A stretch of 32,000 nucleotides of DNA, taken from Candidatus Nanohalobium constans (GTDB lineage Archaea; Nanohalarchaeota; Nanosalinia; Nanosalinales; Nanosalinaceae). The position numbers and the translations under genes were made by a program. A model generated the notes under the pieces. The model searched no databases and was not told the DNA's origin. It saw only the letters and a program-made list of their open reading frames with translations. The DNA lies in assembly GCF_009617975.1 (NCBI RefSeq), contig NZ_CP040089.1:840001-872000 (forward strand), written 5' to 3'. Below, piece by piece: positions 10,045 through 18,815 of the stretch (positions are counted from its first letter, which is position 1; the number at the start of each line of letters is the position of its first letter).

Positions 10045-10631
10045 CATAGCTGGTCTTCCCTCTGCCATTTCCTCATTTTCTTTATCTCTTCTGTCTGTGC
10101 GTCGATCATCTGTTGCTGCATCTGTTTGAGTTCTGTGTTTTTGCCGGTTTGATGGAACTGTTCTGCCATTGCGATTCCTCCTTGATGGTGTTCAATCATC
10201 AGTTTTGCGAAAAGATGGTTGAATTCTGTGCCGTTGTTTTCACGCAGTTGCTGCATTTGTTGTTCGGATGCCATTCCTGCCATTCTGTGATGGTTTCCTG
10301 GTTCGAATCCTTGGTTTTGCATCCACTTAGTCATCTGCCTATTTTCTTCTCTTTGTGCTTTGGATATATTATTTGAAAGTTCCAGGATATTTTCGTTTTC
10401 TGTCCTGTTTTCAGCCATTTCCGCCATCTCGATCGCTTGGTTGTGATGGACTATCATCATGTTCATGAACATGAGGTCTGCGCGGTTGAATCCTTGGTCG
10501 TCCTGGTTTTCTTGGGTGTTTAGAGCTGTCAGGGTTATTAGGGTTGTTAGGACCAGTATTATTGATGCTGTGGCTATCTTTGAGTTGGGTTTGAGCTTGT
10601 TTTTGATTTTTTCGTGTGAGACAGCAGTCAT
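10044..10631 (-). CDS. DUF305-family (ferritin-like, copper-resistance associated) exported protein
   Basis: It has an N-terminal TM/signal segment and two DUF305-type repeats: DLMFMNMMIVHHNQAIEMAEMA and FAKLMIEHHQGGIAMAEQF. Confidence 0.85.
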   Translation of the reverse strand: MTAVSHEKIKNKLKPNSKIATASIILVLTTLITLTALNTQENQDDQGFNRADLMFMNMMIVHHNQAIEMAEMAENRTENENILELSNNISKAQREENRQMTKWMQNQGFEPGNHHRMAGMASEQQMQQLRENNGTEFNHLFAKLMIEHHQGGIAMAEQFHQTGKNTELKQMQQQMIDAQTEEIKKMRKWQREDQL

Positions 10632-10647
10632 ATCATATTATGATATG
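10629..10647. promoter_or_regulatory. Perfect 9+1+9 palindrome CATATCATA-T-TATGATATG overlapping the DUF305 start codon; candidate PadR operator
   Basis: Read directly from the sequence. The right arm plus TGG (TGATATGTGG, 10641..10650) recurs as a direct repeat at 10675..10684, overlapping the padR-like start. Confidence 0.4.
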
Positions 10648-10680
10648 TGGCTGTTTTTAAGACGTTTCACATTTTGATAT

Positions 10681-11082
10681 GTGGTTATGTCGGAGCCGAA
10701 TTTGAATCATACTTATCGAGTTTATACTCTTTTGTTGTTGAAGATGGGTTCTAGGCACGGTTATGAGATTATTGATAGGATTGGTGAGGTAACGGGGAAA
10801 GATCCTAGTACGTCTCATATTTATCCTTTTCTTTCAGAGCTTGAGGAGAATGATTATGTTGTTTCGGAGAATGGTAGTAGAGGGAAGAAGATTTACTCTT
10901 TGACTGAGGAAGGTAAGGATTTTGTTGGAGATCAGCTTGACTCTTTTGGAGAGATGCTTCACGCCGCTATAAGAGATGAGATAGACGAGTGCAGTCACTG
11001 CAGTTGTAAGATTTACGATAATGGTTACGAGGACGATGGAGATGTTTTCTGTTGCAGGCACTGCGCGGGTGCCAGCGGTTGA
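10681..11082 (+). CDS. PadR-family winged-helix regulator fused to a C-terminal TRASH/YHS-like Cys-rich metal-binding module
   Basis: YRVYTLLLLKMGSRHGYEIIDRIGEVTG...IYPFLSELEENDYVVS is PadR-like. The C-terminal CSHCSCKIYDNGYEDDGDVFCCRHCAG resembles the TRASH/YHS pattern (C...FC-x3-C). The start is GTG at 10681 or ATG at 10687. Confidence 0.8.
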   Translation: MVMSEPNLNHTYRVYTLLLLKMGSRHGYEIIDRIGEVTGKDPSTSHIYPFLSELEENDYVVSENGSRGKKIYSLTEEGKDFVGDQLDSFGEMLHAAIRDEIDECSHCSCKIYDNGYEDDGDVFCCRHCAGASG

Positions 11083-11216
11083 ATAAGAGTTTGCGGTTAG
11101 AAGCATTATTGGGTTTTTCCTTTGTTTGAGACCCAGGTTTTTATGAAATGTTGATTGTTTGGGCTTGTCGAGCTGTTTAAATAAGTTATTAGGAATTTCG
11201 ATTTTAAGATGGAGAG

Positions 11217-11396
11217 ATGAGGAAGGAATTAGGAATACTGACATGTCTTCTAGCAGTAACTGTTGATCCTGTGGCTGGTGCAGGATCTTCAGGCGAGGCT
11301 GTTTCAGGTTTTATGGTTTTAATTGGTTTGCTGAGTCCTTTTATTGCTTCAGCAGTTACCAGTTTGTTTTATAATTATTTGAAGGATTGTTCATAG
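11217..11396 (+). CDS. Possible 59-aa membrane/lipoprotein-like sORF
   Basis: My own translation gives MRKELGILTCLLAVTVDPVAGAGSSGEAVSGFMVLIGLLSPFIASAVTSLFYNYLKDCS. GGAGAG lies directly upstream of the ATG and a TTTAAATAAG box lies ~35 nt upstream. It is below the ORF-track cut-off. Confidence 0.35.
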   Translation: MRKELGILTCLLAVTVDPVAGAGSSGEAVSGFMVLIGLLSPFIASAVTSLFYNYLKDCS

Positions 11397-11499
11397 CCCC
11401 AACCGGCGCACACATGATAGCAAGGGCAACATACCAAGAAGAGAGAACAAAAGAAGAACCAAAAAACTCTCTAAAAAACTTCATATAAAAAAGAAGGGT

Positions 11500-12081
11500 T
11501 TAGAAGAGGTTTAGGATCTTATCTAGGACCGTGGCGGAACCTTCTGCTTCTTTTTCGTTGTCCTGCCCATCTTTCTGAGATTTCTCTGCTCCTGTGCTAG
11601 GATCTTCGGAAATCTGTTTCTCACCTACCACAGTCTGGTTGTGAAGTACTTTGAGAGTGGAGTTTTGCGGTGCTGTAAAGTGTGCATGGTAGTTGACGTT
11701 GCCTATACACCTCGGGGCAACCTTCGAACTCTCAACTCCTTCAATCTTCATCTCGTAGAGATTATCTCCAGTCTTCCTCACTTCACTTGTCAGGTTATAC
11801 TTCGGGTGTGGTGTCTGGAAAACCCCTTCAACCACCAACGTATTGTTCCCTGGAGAAACATTCCTATGACCAATTGAAACATTATCAGCCTCTGCTGCAC
11901 CACACCTACCATCCATCTGAATGAAATCCAGGCGATAATCCGAACCCTGCGACAACGGTACCGCAGTAGCCTTCAACTCCTTATCCTCCGGCTGCGTAAC
12001 AGTATTATTCGGATCATAAATACCTGCCGTCAATACACTCAACGAAACAACCATCAAACCCATCAACAAAATCTTCTTCAT
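11500..12081 (-). CDS. Secreted hypothetical protein
   Basis: The likely start is MKKILLMGLMVVSLSVLTAGIYDP (signal-like). No family motif was recognised. Confidence 0.6.
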   Translation of the reverse strand: MKKILLMGLMVVSLSVLTAGIYDPNNTVTQPEDKELKATAVPLSQGSDYRLDFIQMDGRCGAAEADNVSIGHRNVSPGNNTLVVEGVFQTPHPKYNLTSEVRKTGDNLYEMKIEGVESSKVAPRCIGNVNYHAHFTAPQNSTLKVLHNQTVVGEKQISEDPSTGAEKSQKDGQDNEKEAEGSATVLDKILNLF

Positions 12082-12152
12082 AAAAACAGAAATAAACAAG
12101 ACCCCTTATAAACCCGTACTAACACGTTCTACGCAAAACGAACAAAGAAATA

Positions 12153-12235
12153 TGCGAGAGCGAGGATTCGAACCCCGGAACCTCTACAGGACAGCGCCCT
12201 CAACGCTGCGCCTTTGACCACTTGGCTACCCTCGC
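12153..12235 (-). tRNA. tRNA-Leu (anticodon GAG), class II with long variable arm
   Basis: Hand-folded. The acceptor stem is GCGAGGG/CUCUCGC, the T arm is CGGGG-UUCGAAU-CCUCG and the anticodon arm is CAGCG-UUGAGGG-CGCUG. Total length is 83 nt. Confidence 0.85.
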
Positions 12236-12375
12236 AAATTGTAAATTTGCTTGAGGTGCTGAAACTCTGAAGAGTTTCACTACCCTTCGCGTTGGAAGCC
12301 TGTGAATGGTTTTCGGTTGACTAGTTTTTTAACTGGTTTTGGTGAGGACCCGGTTTAAGTTGTATTACCCGTAAT

Positions 12376-13164
12376 TTGTTTGTAGTGACTAGAAAGAGGT
12401 ATAGTGTTTCAGGAAGTGTTGAAAGAAATTTAGCTGCTATAGATACTGTAGGTATGAAAGCTGAAGCAGGTGAAGAAGCTTTATGCATCCATGACTGCAA
12501 TTTTGGAAACTATGATGGCGCCGTTCTCTACGCTGAGAGGACTCCATTAGAGGAAGTTGACAGGGATGCCGCTGAAGAGAATAGCTTATCTGTTTACCGG
12601 AGAAATACGGGCGGCTCTCCTTTCCTATGGAGAGAAGATGATGTTGTTTTAACAGTATCTTCTGAAGCCGATCCATTGGAAGAAACGATTGGTCCTGCGG
12701 TTAAAAGCACTTTAGAGAGCTATGGCGTTGAAAGCGACAGAATTGAAGTAAAAGACGATGTTAACAGGAGGGCAGTCTATGTAGATGATATGCCTATCTC
12801 TTCTTTTGGTTCTGTTAACACCAATAGATTGAATGTTTTGTCAGGTTTCGTAGCAGCTCGGTCCTATGACGCCGAAAGAATCAGCCAAGTAGTGAATCTA
12901 CGGAGAGGAGAGGAAGAATACATAAGGGAGATGCCTGCTATTTCAGATTTCGCCGATGATATCCAGGAGTTTTTCCAGTCGCTCACTTCAAGATTAGAAA
13001 AACAGAACACAGATTCAGATTCCTGGAGCAAAATACTGGATAATCGAGAAGACGATTATAGAGAACTAGAGGAGCGAACCGGCAGCAGACACAGAGGATT
13101 CTGCCCCGTCTACAGAGAAGATCTTGAAGATTTCAGGAAACAGATTTCACAAAGCTGTCAATAA
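12376..13164 (+). CDS. Divergent lipoate/biotin protein ligase (BPL_LplA_LipB)-like protein, probably catalytically degenerate
   Basis: LSVYRRNTGGSPFLWREDDVVLTVSS parallels IEVVRRLTGGGAMFAEPGNVITYSIY of the bona fide LplA at 14202. The position of the LplA lysine motif (SGKLGGAAQ) reads DDMPISSFGS here. The start is uncertain: TTG at 12376 or ATG at 12454. Confidence 0.5.
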   Translation: MFVVTRKRYSVSGSVERNLAAIDTVGMKAEAGEEALCIHDCNFGNYDGAVLYAERTPLEEVDRDAAEENSLSVYRRNTGGSPFLWREDDVVLTVSSEADPLEETIGPAVKSTLESYGVESDRIEVKDDVNRRAVYVDDMPISSFGSVNTNRLNVLSGFVAARSYDAERISQVVNLRRGEEEYIREMPAISDFADDIQEFFQSLTSRLEKQNTDSDSWSKILDNREDDYRELEERTGSRHRGFCPVYREDLEDFRKQISQSCQ

Positions 13165-13888
13165 TTCCAGCTACCTTTTCAGGTTTCTCAGGGAGCATCT
13201 GATGACTTGTGTTCAGTGTTTTCAGCTCACAGTCAAGTAGTTCTGCTACTTGTTCAGACTTGTCCTGAGTTATTGCGCCGTCTTTTTCAGCTGCAACTAC
13301 TGCAGCAGGTTTCTCCACATCTCCAAGCTGTTCTGTTACATCGTATTCTATCATGGCTTTAAGCCCATTTCTTATGGGTCTGTCATCTGCTTTCTGTAGT
13401 TCTCTACGAGTCATTTCCCGTATTTCTGGTTTTTCACTTTCAGCAACATAGTTCTCGGTTATCTCCTCAGCCCACTCACTTTTCTCAAGTTCATTATACT
13501 GTTCGAGGAAGTATTCAACAGATTTATTCTCAGGATCAGGAGTGTCAGCAGAAGTAGCAAGTAAAACAAGGCCTGAAAAGTTCTCGTACTCTGCTGCATA
13601 CTGAAGTGCAGTCATACCTCCCATCGAATGACCTACCAATATCGGATTATCTAATTCAAGTTCCTCAATCATTTCATTGAGATCCTTGGCTAACTCTCTG
13701 ATAGTGAAAGGCTTACACCCTGAACCACCATGACATCTCTGATCATACCTTATCACAGGATTATCCAGATCCAAGTAAGGAGTTATCAGCTTCCAGAACT
13801 TTTTGCTGCCAAGCCAGCCATGAATGAAAATTATAGGCTTGCCATTTCCTTGTTCAATGCCGTATTCAAGCCCCTTGAAGGTTCCCAC
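13133..13888 (-). CDS. Alpha/beta-fold hydrolase
   Basis: FIHGWLGS (oxyanion HG region) and the GHSMGG nucleophile elbow are present. The apparent start is GTG. Confidence 0.85.
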   Translation of the reverse strand: MGTFKGLEYGIEQGNGKPIIFIHGWLGSKKFWKLITPYLDLDNPVIRYDQRCHGGSGCKPFTIRELAKDLNEMIEELELDNPILVGHSMGGMTALQYAAEYENFSGLVLLATSADTPDPENKSVEYFLEQYNELEKSEWAEEITENYVAESEKPEIREMTRRELQKADDRPIRNGLKAMIEYDVTEQLGDVEKPAAVVAAEKDGAITQDKSEQVAELLDCELKTLNTSHQMLPEKPEKVAGIIDSFVKSVS

Positions 13889-13923
13889 AGTCTATTTATT
13901 CGGGCGCCTGCTTTTGATACTTT

Positions 13924-14205
13924 ATGAAAAAAGCGTCTCACAAAGTCGAAGACGGCAAAATGGTGAAAATCCAGCTCGAAATAAACGACGAAACAGTTGA
14001 AGGAGTCCAGATCAGAGGAGACTTCTTCCTAGAACCTCCAGAAAAACTTGAAGAACTGGAAAAACAGTTAGAAGGACTCAAACAAGATTCAACCATAGAA
14101 GAAGTTGCTGAAAAAGCCAAAAATGTAGAGGCCGACCTAATCGGTTTTACACACGAAGACATAGGCAAAGCATTCAGAAAAGCACTGGAAGGTGACGAAA
14201 AATGA
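13924..14205 (+). CDS. lplB: Lipoate-protein ligase C-terminal-domain protein (LplB-type accessory subunit)
   Basis: It is 93 aa with IRGDFFLEPPEKLEELEKQLEGL, typical of the stand-alone Lip_prot_lig_C domain. It overlaps the start of lplA by 4 nt, as in the split archaeal (Thermoplasma-type) LplA/LplB system. Confidence 0.75.
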   Translation: MKKASHKVEDGKMVKIQLEINDETVEGVQIRGDFFLEPPEKLEELEKQLEGLKQDSTIEEVAEKAKNVEADLIGFTHEDIGKAFRKALEGDEK

Positions 14206-14951
14206 CTGAATGGCGTATAATCAACGAAGGAGAATATAGTGAGGCGATGCATCATGCGATCGACGAAGTGTTGACAGAGAAAATGGACAACGGCGAGATG
14301 AGGCCGACGCTGCGATTCTGGTACCGAAAAAATCCAAGCGTGCCAATGGGTCGTTTCCAAGCCTTTGAAGACGAAGTAGAAGTAGAGTACGCACAGGAAA
14401 AAGGCATCGAAGTTGTCAGAAGATTGACAGGTGGCGGGGCGATGTTTGCCGAACCAGGGAATGTGATCACCTACTCAATCTATATCCCAAAAGAGCAGGT
14501 ATCAGAAGGCTTCAAGGAAAGTTACGAAGAACTGGACCGATTTGCTGTTGAAGCGTTGAGAGAGTTAGGAGTTGACGCAGACTACGCCCCTCTAAACGAC
14601 ATCGAACACGAGTCAGGTAAACTAGGTGGGGCAGCCCAGCTCAGGAAAGACAACGCAGTGCTTCATCATACGACAATGAGTTATGACCTGAATACTGCTG
14701 AAATGTTGAGAGTTCTAAGAATCGGAAAGGAGAAGGTCTCAGATAAAGCCGTCAAGTCTGCTGAGAAACGAGTCTCTCGCATCTCCGATCATGCTGATGT
14801 CGAGCGCAGAGAAGTTATTGAAAAAATGATTGAGAAGTTTGTTAAGGATAAAGAGCATGAAAAAGGAAGTCTGACTGATGAAGAAGTCAAGAAAGCAGAG
14901 AAGCTGTCAGAAGAAAAATTCAAAACAGAGGAGTGGAACAAAAAACTTTAG
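14202..14951 (+). CDS. lplA: Lipoate-protein ligase A, catalytic N-terminal-domain subunit
   Basis: RRLTGGGAMF and SGKLGGAAQLRKDNAVLHHTTMSYD (lysine motif) are present. GGAAGGTGA lies upstream of the ATG. Confidence 0.9.
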   Translation: MTEWRIINEGEYSEAMHHAIDEVLTEKMDNGEMRPTLRFWYRKNPSVPMGRFQAFEDEVEVEYAQEKGIEVVRRLTGGGAMFAEPGNVITYSIYIPKEQVSEGFKESYEELDRFAVEALRELGVDADYAPLNDIEHESGKLGGAAQLRKDNAVLHHTTMSYDLNTAEMLRVLRIGKEKVSDKAVKSAEKRVSRISDHADVERREVIEKMIEKFVKDKEHEKGSLTDEEVKKAEKLSEEKFKTEEWNKKL

Positions 14952-15466
14952 TACTTCGGACTCTTCTCCTCCACACCCTCCAGATGGTTCTCATGCCGCG
15001 CCATCAAAAACAACAAGTCACTTAAACGGTTAATATACGCAAGAACTTCTTCACGGAGTTCTACATCTTGATCAAGCTTTACTATTTTCCTTTCTGCTCT
15101 TCTAGCCACGCTTCTTGCGTTATGCAGTTGTGCAGCGCTTTTACAACCGCCAGCTAACACAAAGCTTCTAAGCGGCGGACATTCTTCCTGATAGTAATCA
15201 CAGCGATCCTCTAACCTGTCGATATTTTCATCTGTAACCTTAGTATCAGGTTCTCGGTTAGCTAATTCAGCCTGAAGAATATGAAGCTCGTTCTGTATTT
15301 CCTCAAGCTCCCCCTCTTTGTCAGTCGCGTAGCTTCTACAGACGCCTACAAGAGAGTTTAACTCGTCGACCGTTCCGTAAGCCTGAATCCTCTCACTGCT
15401 TTTCGAAACCCTTTCACCAGAACTCAAATCCGTCCGACCTCTATCCCCATTCCCAGTATAAACCAT
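14948..15466 (-). CDS. PduO-type ATP:cob(I)alamin adenosyltransferase
   Basis: YTGNGDRGRTDLSSGERVSKSSERIQAYGTVDELNSLVG and the following helical bundle are typical of the PduO/MMAB family. Confidence 0.9.
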   Translation of the reverse strand: MVYTGNGDRGRTDLSSGERVSKSSERIQAYGTVDELNSLVGVCRSYATDKEGELEEIQNELHILQAELANREPDTKVTDENIDRLEDRCDYYQEECPPLRSFVLAGGCKSAAQLHNARSVARRAERKIVKLDQDVELREEVLAYINRLSDLLFLMARHENHLEGVEEKSPKY

Positions 15467-15519
15467 GCATCAAGATTGACAGCGGAAACTTATAGAACTT
15501 CAAGCCACAAATCTAGACT

Positions 15520-16653
15520 GTGAAACTGTACGAAAACGAAGCCAAAGAAATACTCAGAGATCACGACCTGAAGACCCCTAGCGACGGGGAGGAATTCGTG
15601 GTGAAGGCACAGGTACTGGCCAACCACAGAAAAGAGAAAGGCGGAATAAAATTCGCAGAAAGCCGTGAAGAAGCTGAAAAATTAAAGCAAGAAATGCTCG
15701 GGACAGAGATAGACGGGCAAGAAGTAGACGAAGTACTAATCGAACCTCAAATAGATTTCTCAGAAGAATACTATGTCAGCTTCATGTACAGCACAGACAC
15801 CCGAAACCCTGTAATGATATTCTCCAGAGAAGGAGGAACAGGAATCGAAGGAAAAGAAGCAGCAAAACTAGATCTGGAGGACGATTCACAGTTTAGATTC
15901 CGGCAATTCCTAAAAGAAAACGAGTTCAAAGGAAAAGAAATCGTCAAAATAGCGATACAACTACAGAAACTTTTCCAAGCCTTCCTGGAAGAAGACGCTC
16001 GGATGCTCGAAGTAAACCCTCTAGCCAAGACAGAAGACGGCTTTGTCGTACTCGATGCAATGATGGACCTAGAAGACGATGCATCGTACCGCCATGACCG
16101 AGACTTTCCAGAGAGAAATGCAGAAGGAGGAGAAAAAACTGAAAGAGAAAAAAGAGCTGAGAAAATAGATGAAGACGACCATAGAGGCGTAGCTGGAAAA
16201 TACACCGAGCTAGACGGCGACATCGGAATGATGCTAGCAGGGGGCGGCGCCTCTCTCACAAACATGGACGCACTGATGGAATACGGCGGCAAACCAGCAA
16301 ACTACACGGAGTACGGTGGAAACCCTCCGACAGAAAAAGTATACAAACTGTCCAAGGTCATCATGTCCAAAGAACTGAATGGGCTGTGGCATGTAGGAGG
16401 AACAGCCAACAACACAGATGTGGAAAGAACCATGGACGGATTCATACAAGCATTAAGAGAAATAAAGCCCAAATACCCTATAGTAGTGAGGCGGGACGGT
16501 CCTCACGCAGATGAAGCATTTGAAAAACTCAGAGAAGTAAAAGAAGAGCTCAACTTGAACATGAAGCTGTTTAGAAACGATAAACCGATGACAGAATCAG
16601 CTGAAGACCTTATGGAGATGGTCGAAGCATACAAAGGTGAGATGAATGAGTAA
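15520..16653 (+). CDS. ATP-grasp beta subunit of the succinyl-CoA synthetase / ATP-citrate lyase superfamily, with ACL/citryl-CoA-synthetase-like signatures
   Basis: GTG start. KLYENEAKEIL, LIEPQIDFSEEYYVSFMYS...FSREGG, MLAGGGASLTNMD, ANYTEYGGNPPTE, VGGTANNTDVERTMDGF and IVVRRDGPHADE resemble ACL motifs as I recall them (LIEPFV..EEFYVCIY, ANYGEYSGAPSE, GGSIANFTNVAATFKGI, FVRRGGPNYQE). They resemble SucC less well (ANFLDVGGGA, NIFGGIVRCD, VVRLEGNN). Confidence 0.85.
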   Translation: MKLYENEAKEILRDHDLKTPSDGEEFVVKAQVLANHRKEKGGIKFAESREEAEKLKQEMLGTEIDGQEVDEVLIEPQIDFSEEYYVSFMYSTDTRNPVMIFSREGGTGIEGKEAAKLDLEDDSQFRFRQFLKENEFKGKEIVKIAIQLQKLFQAFLEEDARMLEVNPLAKTEDGFVVLDAMMDLEDDASYRHDRDFPERNAEGGEKTEREKRAEKIDEDDHRGVAGKYTELDGDIGMMLAGGGASLTNMDALMEYGGKPANYTEYGGNPPTEKVYKLSKVIMSKELNGLWHVGGTANNTDVERTMDGFIQALREIKPKYPIVVRRDGPHADEAFEKLREVKEELNLNMKLFRNDKPMTESAEDLMEMVEAYKGEMNE

Positions 16654-17275
16654 AATTCCTGTTTTCGATATCGGAGATACTCTATCTCCTTCGAAAGAGT
16701 TCTCCCGGAAAGTCTTCAGAGAAGAATTAGAGAGGCAAGGTGTTGAGAACCCTCCGAAGTATCCTTATGAAGGATTCAACGAGATGAGTGTAGAATCAAT
16801 CCAGGAATGGTTTGAAAGAGATGATATTGATGCTGACGCCGAGGTAGCTGTTGAGAAGTATAAAGAAGCAAAGAAAGAGAGGTTAAAAGAGCTTGAAATG
16901 TTTGAAATGCTCAGAAAAATCGGGAAAGAGATTGAAACCCCTGGAATTATCAGTGACAACAAAGTAGCTGCCAAGAAATTCTACAAGGATATGTTCGAAG
17001 AAGAAAATGTTGAAATAGAGGGCTTTGTAGTTTCTGAAGAGATAGGAGTTAAGAAGCCAGAAAAAGGAATTTTTCAGGAATTTCTAAATAGGAGGAGTTT
17101 ATCCGGAGAAAACTGCGTCTACTTTGGAAACAATATTCCGAGAGACTCAGCATGTGAAAATGTTGGAATGCAATTTGTGCTCGTAAAACAGTTCGAAGTA
17201 TTCGGAGATAACTGGAACGGCAGACAGGTTTCAAAACTAAACTTTGAGAATGTTAGAGAGGAGGTTACAAGATGA
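16646..17275 (+). CDS. HAD-superfamily hydrolase-like protein
   Basis: FDIGDTL (motif I-like, second Asp displaced), IISDN, VKKPE and FGNNIPRD. The ATG overlaps the upstream stop by 8 nt, and its own stop overlaps the next ATG (ATGA). Confidence 0.6.
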   Translation: MSKIPVFDIGDTLSPSKEFSRKVFREELERQGVENPPKYPYEGFNEMSVESIQEWFERDDIDADAEVAVEKYKEAKKERLKELEMFEMLRKIGKEIETPGIISDNKVAAKKFYKDMFEEENVEIEGFVVSEEIGVKKPEKGIFQEFLNRRSLSGENCVYFGNNIPRDSACENVGMQFVLVKQFEVFGDNWNGRQVSKLNFENVREEVTR

Positions 17276-18156
17276 GTATTTTCGCAAATGAAGACACCAA
17301 ACTAGTTATTCAGGGTATTACTGGCAGAGCAGCAAGTGAAAAGACACCACACATGATAGACTACGGCACCGATGTCGTGGCAGGCGTCACCCCGGGCAAA
17401 GGAGGCGAGGAAGTGCATGGCGTACCTGTCTACGACACCGTCCGGGAGGCCAAGAGACAGCACCCAGAAATCAATACTTCACTAGTGTATGTCCCTCACT
17501 TCGCAGCAAAAGATGCAATCCTGGAAGCACTGGACAACGATATCACGGAGATCAATGTGACAACAGAGAGAATCCCCACTCGAGACATGTGGGAAGTCAA
17601 AGACAAACTAGAGCAAAAAGATGCCACACTCGTAGGTCCAACATCTGTCGGAGTAATAAGCCCTGGAAAATCCAAGATCGGTCCTATAGGCGGCAACAAA
17701 GCTGAAGAAGCATACGAAGAAGGAAATATAGGTATTATATCCAAGTCTGGCGGTATGACCACAGAGACCGCACAGGTCGTTCAGAACGCCGGATTCGGGA
17801 TTTCCACCGCTATGGATATCGGCGGCGACAAAATAGCAGGAACAAACTTCGTGGAAGCACTGAAAATGTTTGAAGAAGACGATCAAACCGATGCAGTCGT
17901 CATCTTCGGAGAGCTAGGAGGCACTTACGAGAACCAGGTCGCAGAAGTTATGGACGAAATCTCTATGCCCGTTGTTGTCTTTATCACAGGAGAATTCACT
18001 GAGTCTATGCCGACTCAACAGTATGGACATGCAGGAGCAGTGATCCGAGGCGATGAGGACAAGCCGAGTTATAAGAAGAAAGTTTTACAGGAGTCTGGCG
18101 CGCATGTTGTAGATGTACACCATGAGATCGGCGAAAAACTTCAGAAAATATTCTAG
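17272..18156 (+). CDS. CoA-binding alpha subunit of the succinyl-CoA synthetase / ATP-citrate lyase superfamily (phosphohistidine subunit)
   Basis: VIQGITGR, AGVTPGKGG, SKSGGMTTE (ACL-like SGGM rather than the SucD SGTLTYE) and the phosphohistidine loop YGHAGA. A strong GGAGG lies 7 nt upstream. Confidence 0.9.
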   Translation: MSIFANEDTKLVIQGITGRAASEKTPHMIDYGTDVVAGVTPGKGGEEVHGVPVYDTVREAKRQHPEINTSLVYVPHFAAKDAILEALDNDITEINVTTERIPTRDMWEVKDKLEQKDATLVGPTSVGVISPGKSKIGPIGGNKAEEAYEEGNIGIISKSGGMTTETAQVVQNAGFGISTAMDIGGDKIAGTNFVEALKMFEEDDQTDAVVIFGELGGTYENQVAEVMDEISMPVVVFITGEFTESMPTQQYGHAGAVIRGDEDKPSYKKKVLQESGAHVVDVHHEIGEKLQKIF

Positions 18157-18719
18157 TTCGTTTCTATATACATCAGCATGAACAGGTTTTCAGCGACCAC
18201 CTTAGAGTCGTATATGCTTTGGATATCTAATGAGATAAGATACTTGCCGTTATGGGCATAAACTTCATAGGTCTGACCATAAGATACGGTTCCAATGTTT
18301 GATGCTTCAAGCTGCCGAGTCATAGGAACAGGCGTCTCAATATTCTGGACCTGATATTTTGAGAGATAATTATTGAAGGCATTTTCTGCTGCTTCTGAGG
18401 AATTATGCCTCTTTACAGTAGAGTATACAAATAGAGGTGAACTTCCTGTACTACTGGTCGCCTTAAACTGCTTTTGAGCTACATCAACCTCACCCTCACG
18501 ATAAAAAGAAGATTTAACAGTAGTATATGAGGTATTAACATTTCTGCCTAATTCAGAGTTACTATTTTGAATAAGTATATCGGCAAGTTCTTCCTTATTT
18601 TGAATATCGTTATCTTTATCGGTTTTAGTTTGGAATTCAGCTCCTAAATGTACTGCTGCGTATGAAATCGCTGCTAAAACAATAATTGTCAAAGCAACTA
18701 AGCCCGTTTTCCTGTCCAC
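18153..18719 (-). CDS. N-terminally membrane-anchored hypothetical protein
   Basis: A single TM segment (GLVALTIIVLAAISYAAVHL) is followed by a soluble domain. No family was recognised. Confidence 0.55.
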   Translation of the reverse strand: MDRKTGLVALTIIVLAAISYAAVHLGAEFQTKTDKDNDIQNKEELADILIQNSNSELGRNVNTSYTTVKSSFYREGEVDVAQKQFKATSSTGSSPLFVYSTVKRHNSSEAAENAFNNYLSKYQVQNIETPVPMTRQLEASNIGTVSYGQTYEVYAHNGKYLISLDIQSIYDSKVVAENLFMLMYIETN

Positions 18720-18815
18720 AAAGTTAGTATAATCCAGGCATAATTAAAAGACAACATTATGAATAACATAAGTTTAACAGTTAGAATCGACTTGTGTAAA
18801 CTTAGGTAGCCCACA

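Noticed and set aside
10834-11244. 136-aa minus-strand ORF
   Set aside because: It is antisense to the PadR-TRASH gene and the following spacer. It is hydrophobic/Asn-Ile-Leu-rich junk with no start context.
11353-11484. 43-aa minus-strand sORF (MKFFREFFGSSFVLSSWYVALAIMCAPVGAMNNPSNNYKTNW)
   Set aside because: It has no SD or TATA context and overlaps the 3' end of the better-supported plus-strand sORF. It is kept only as a remote alternative.
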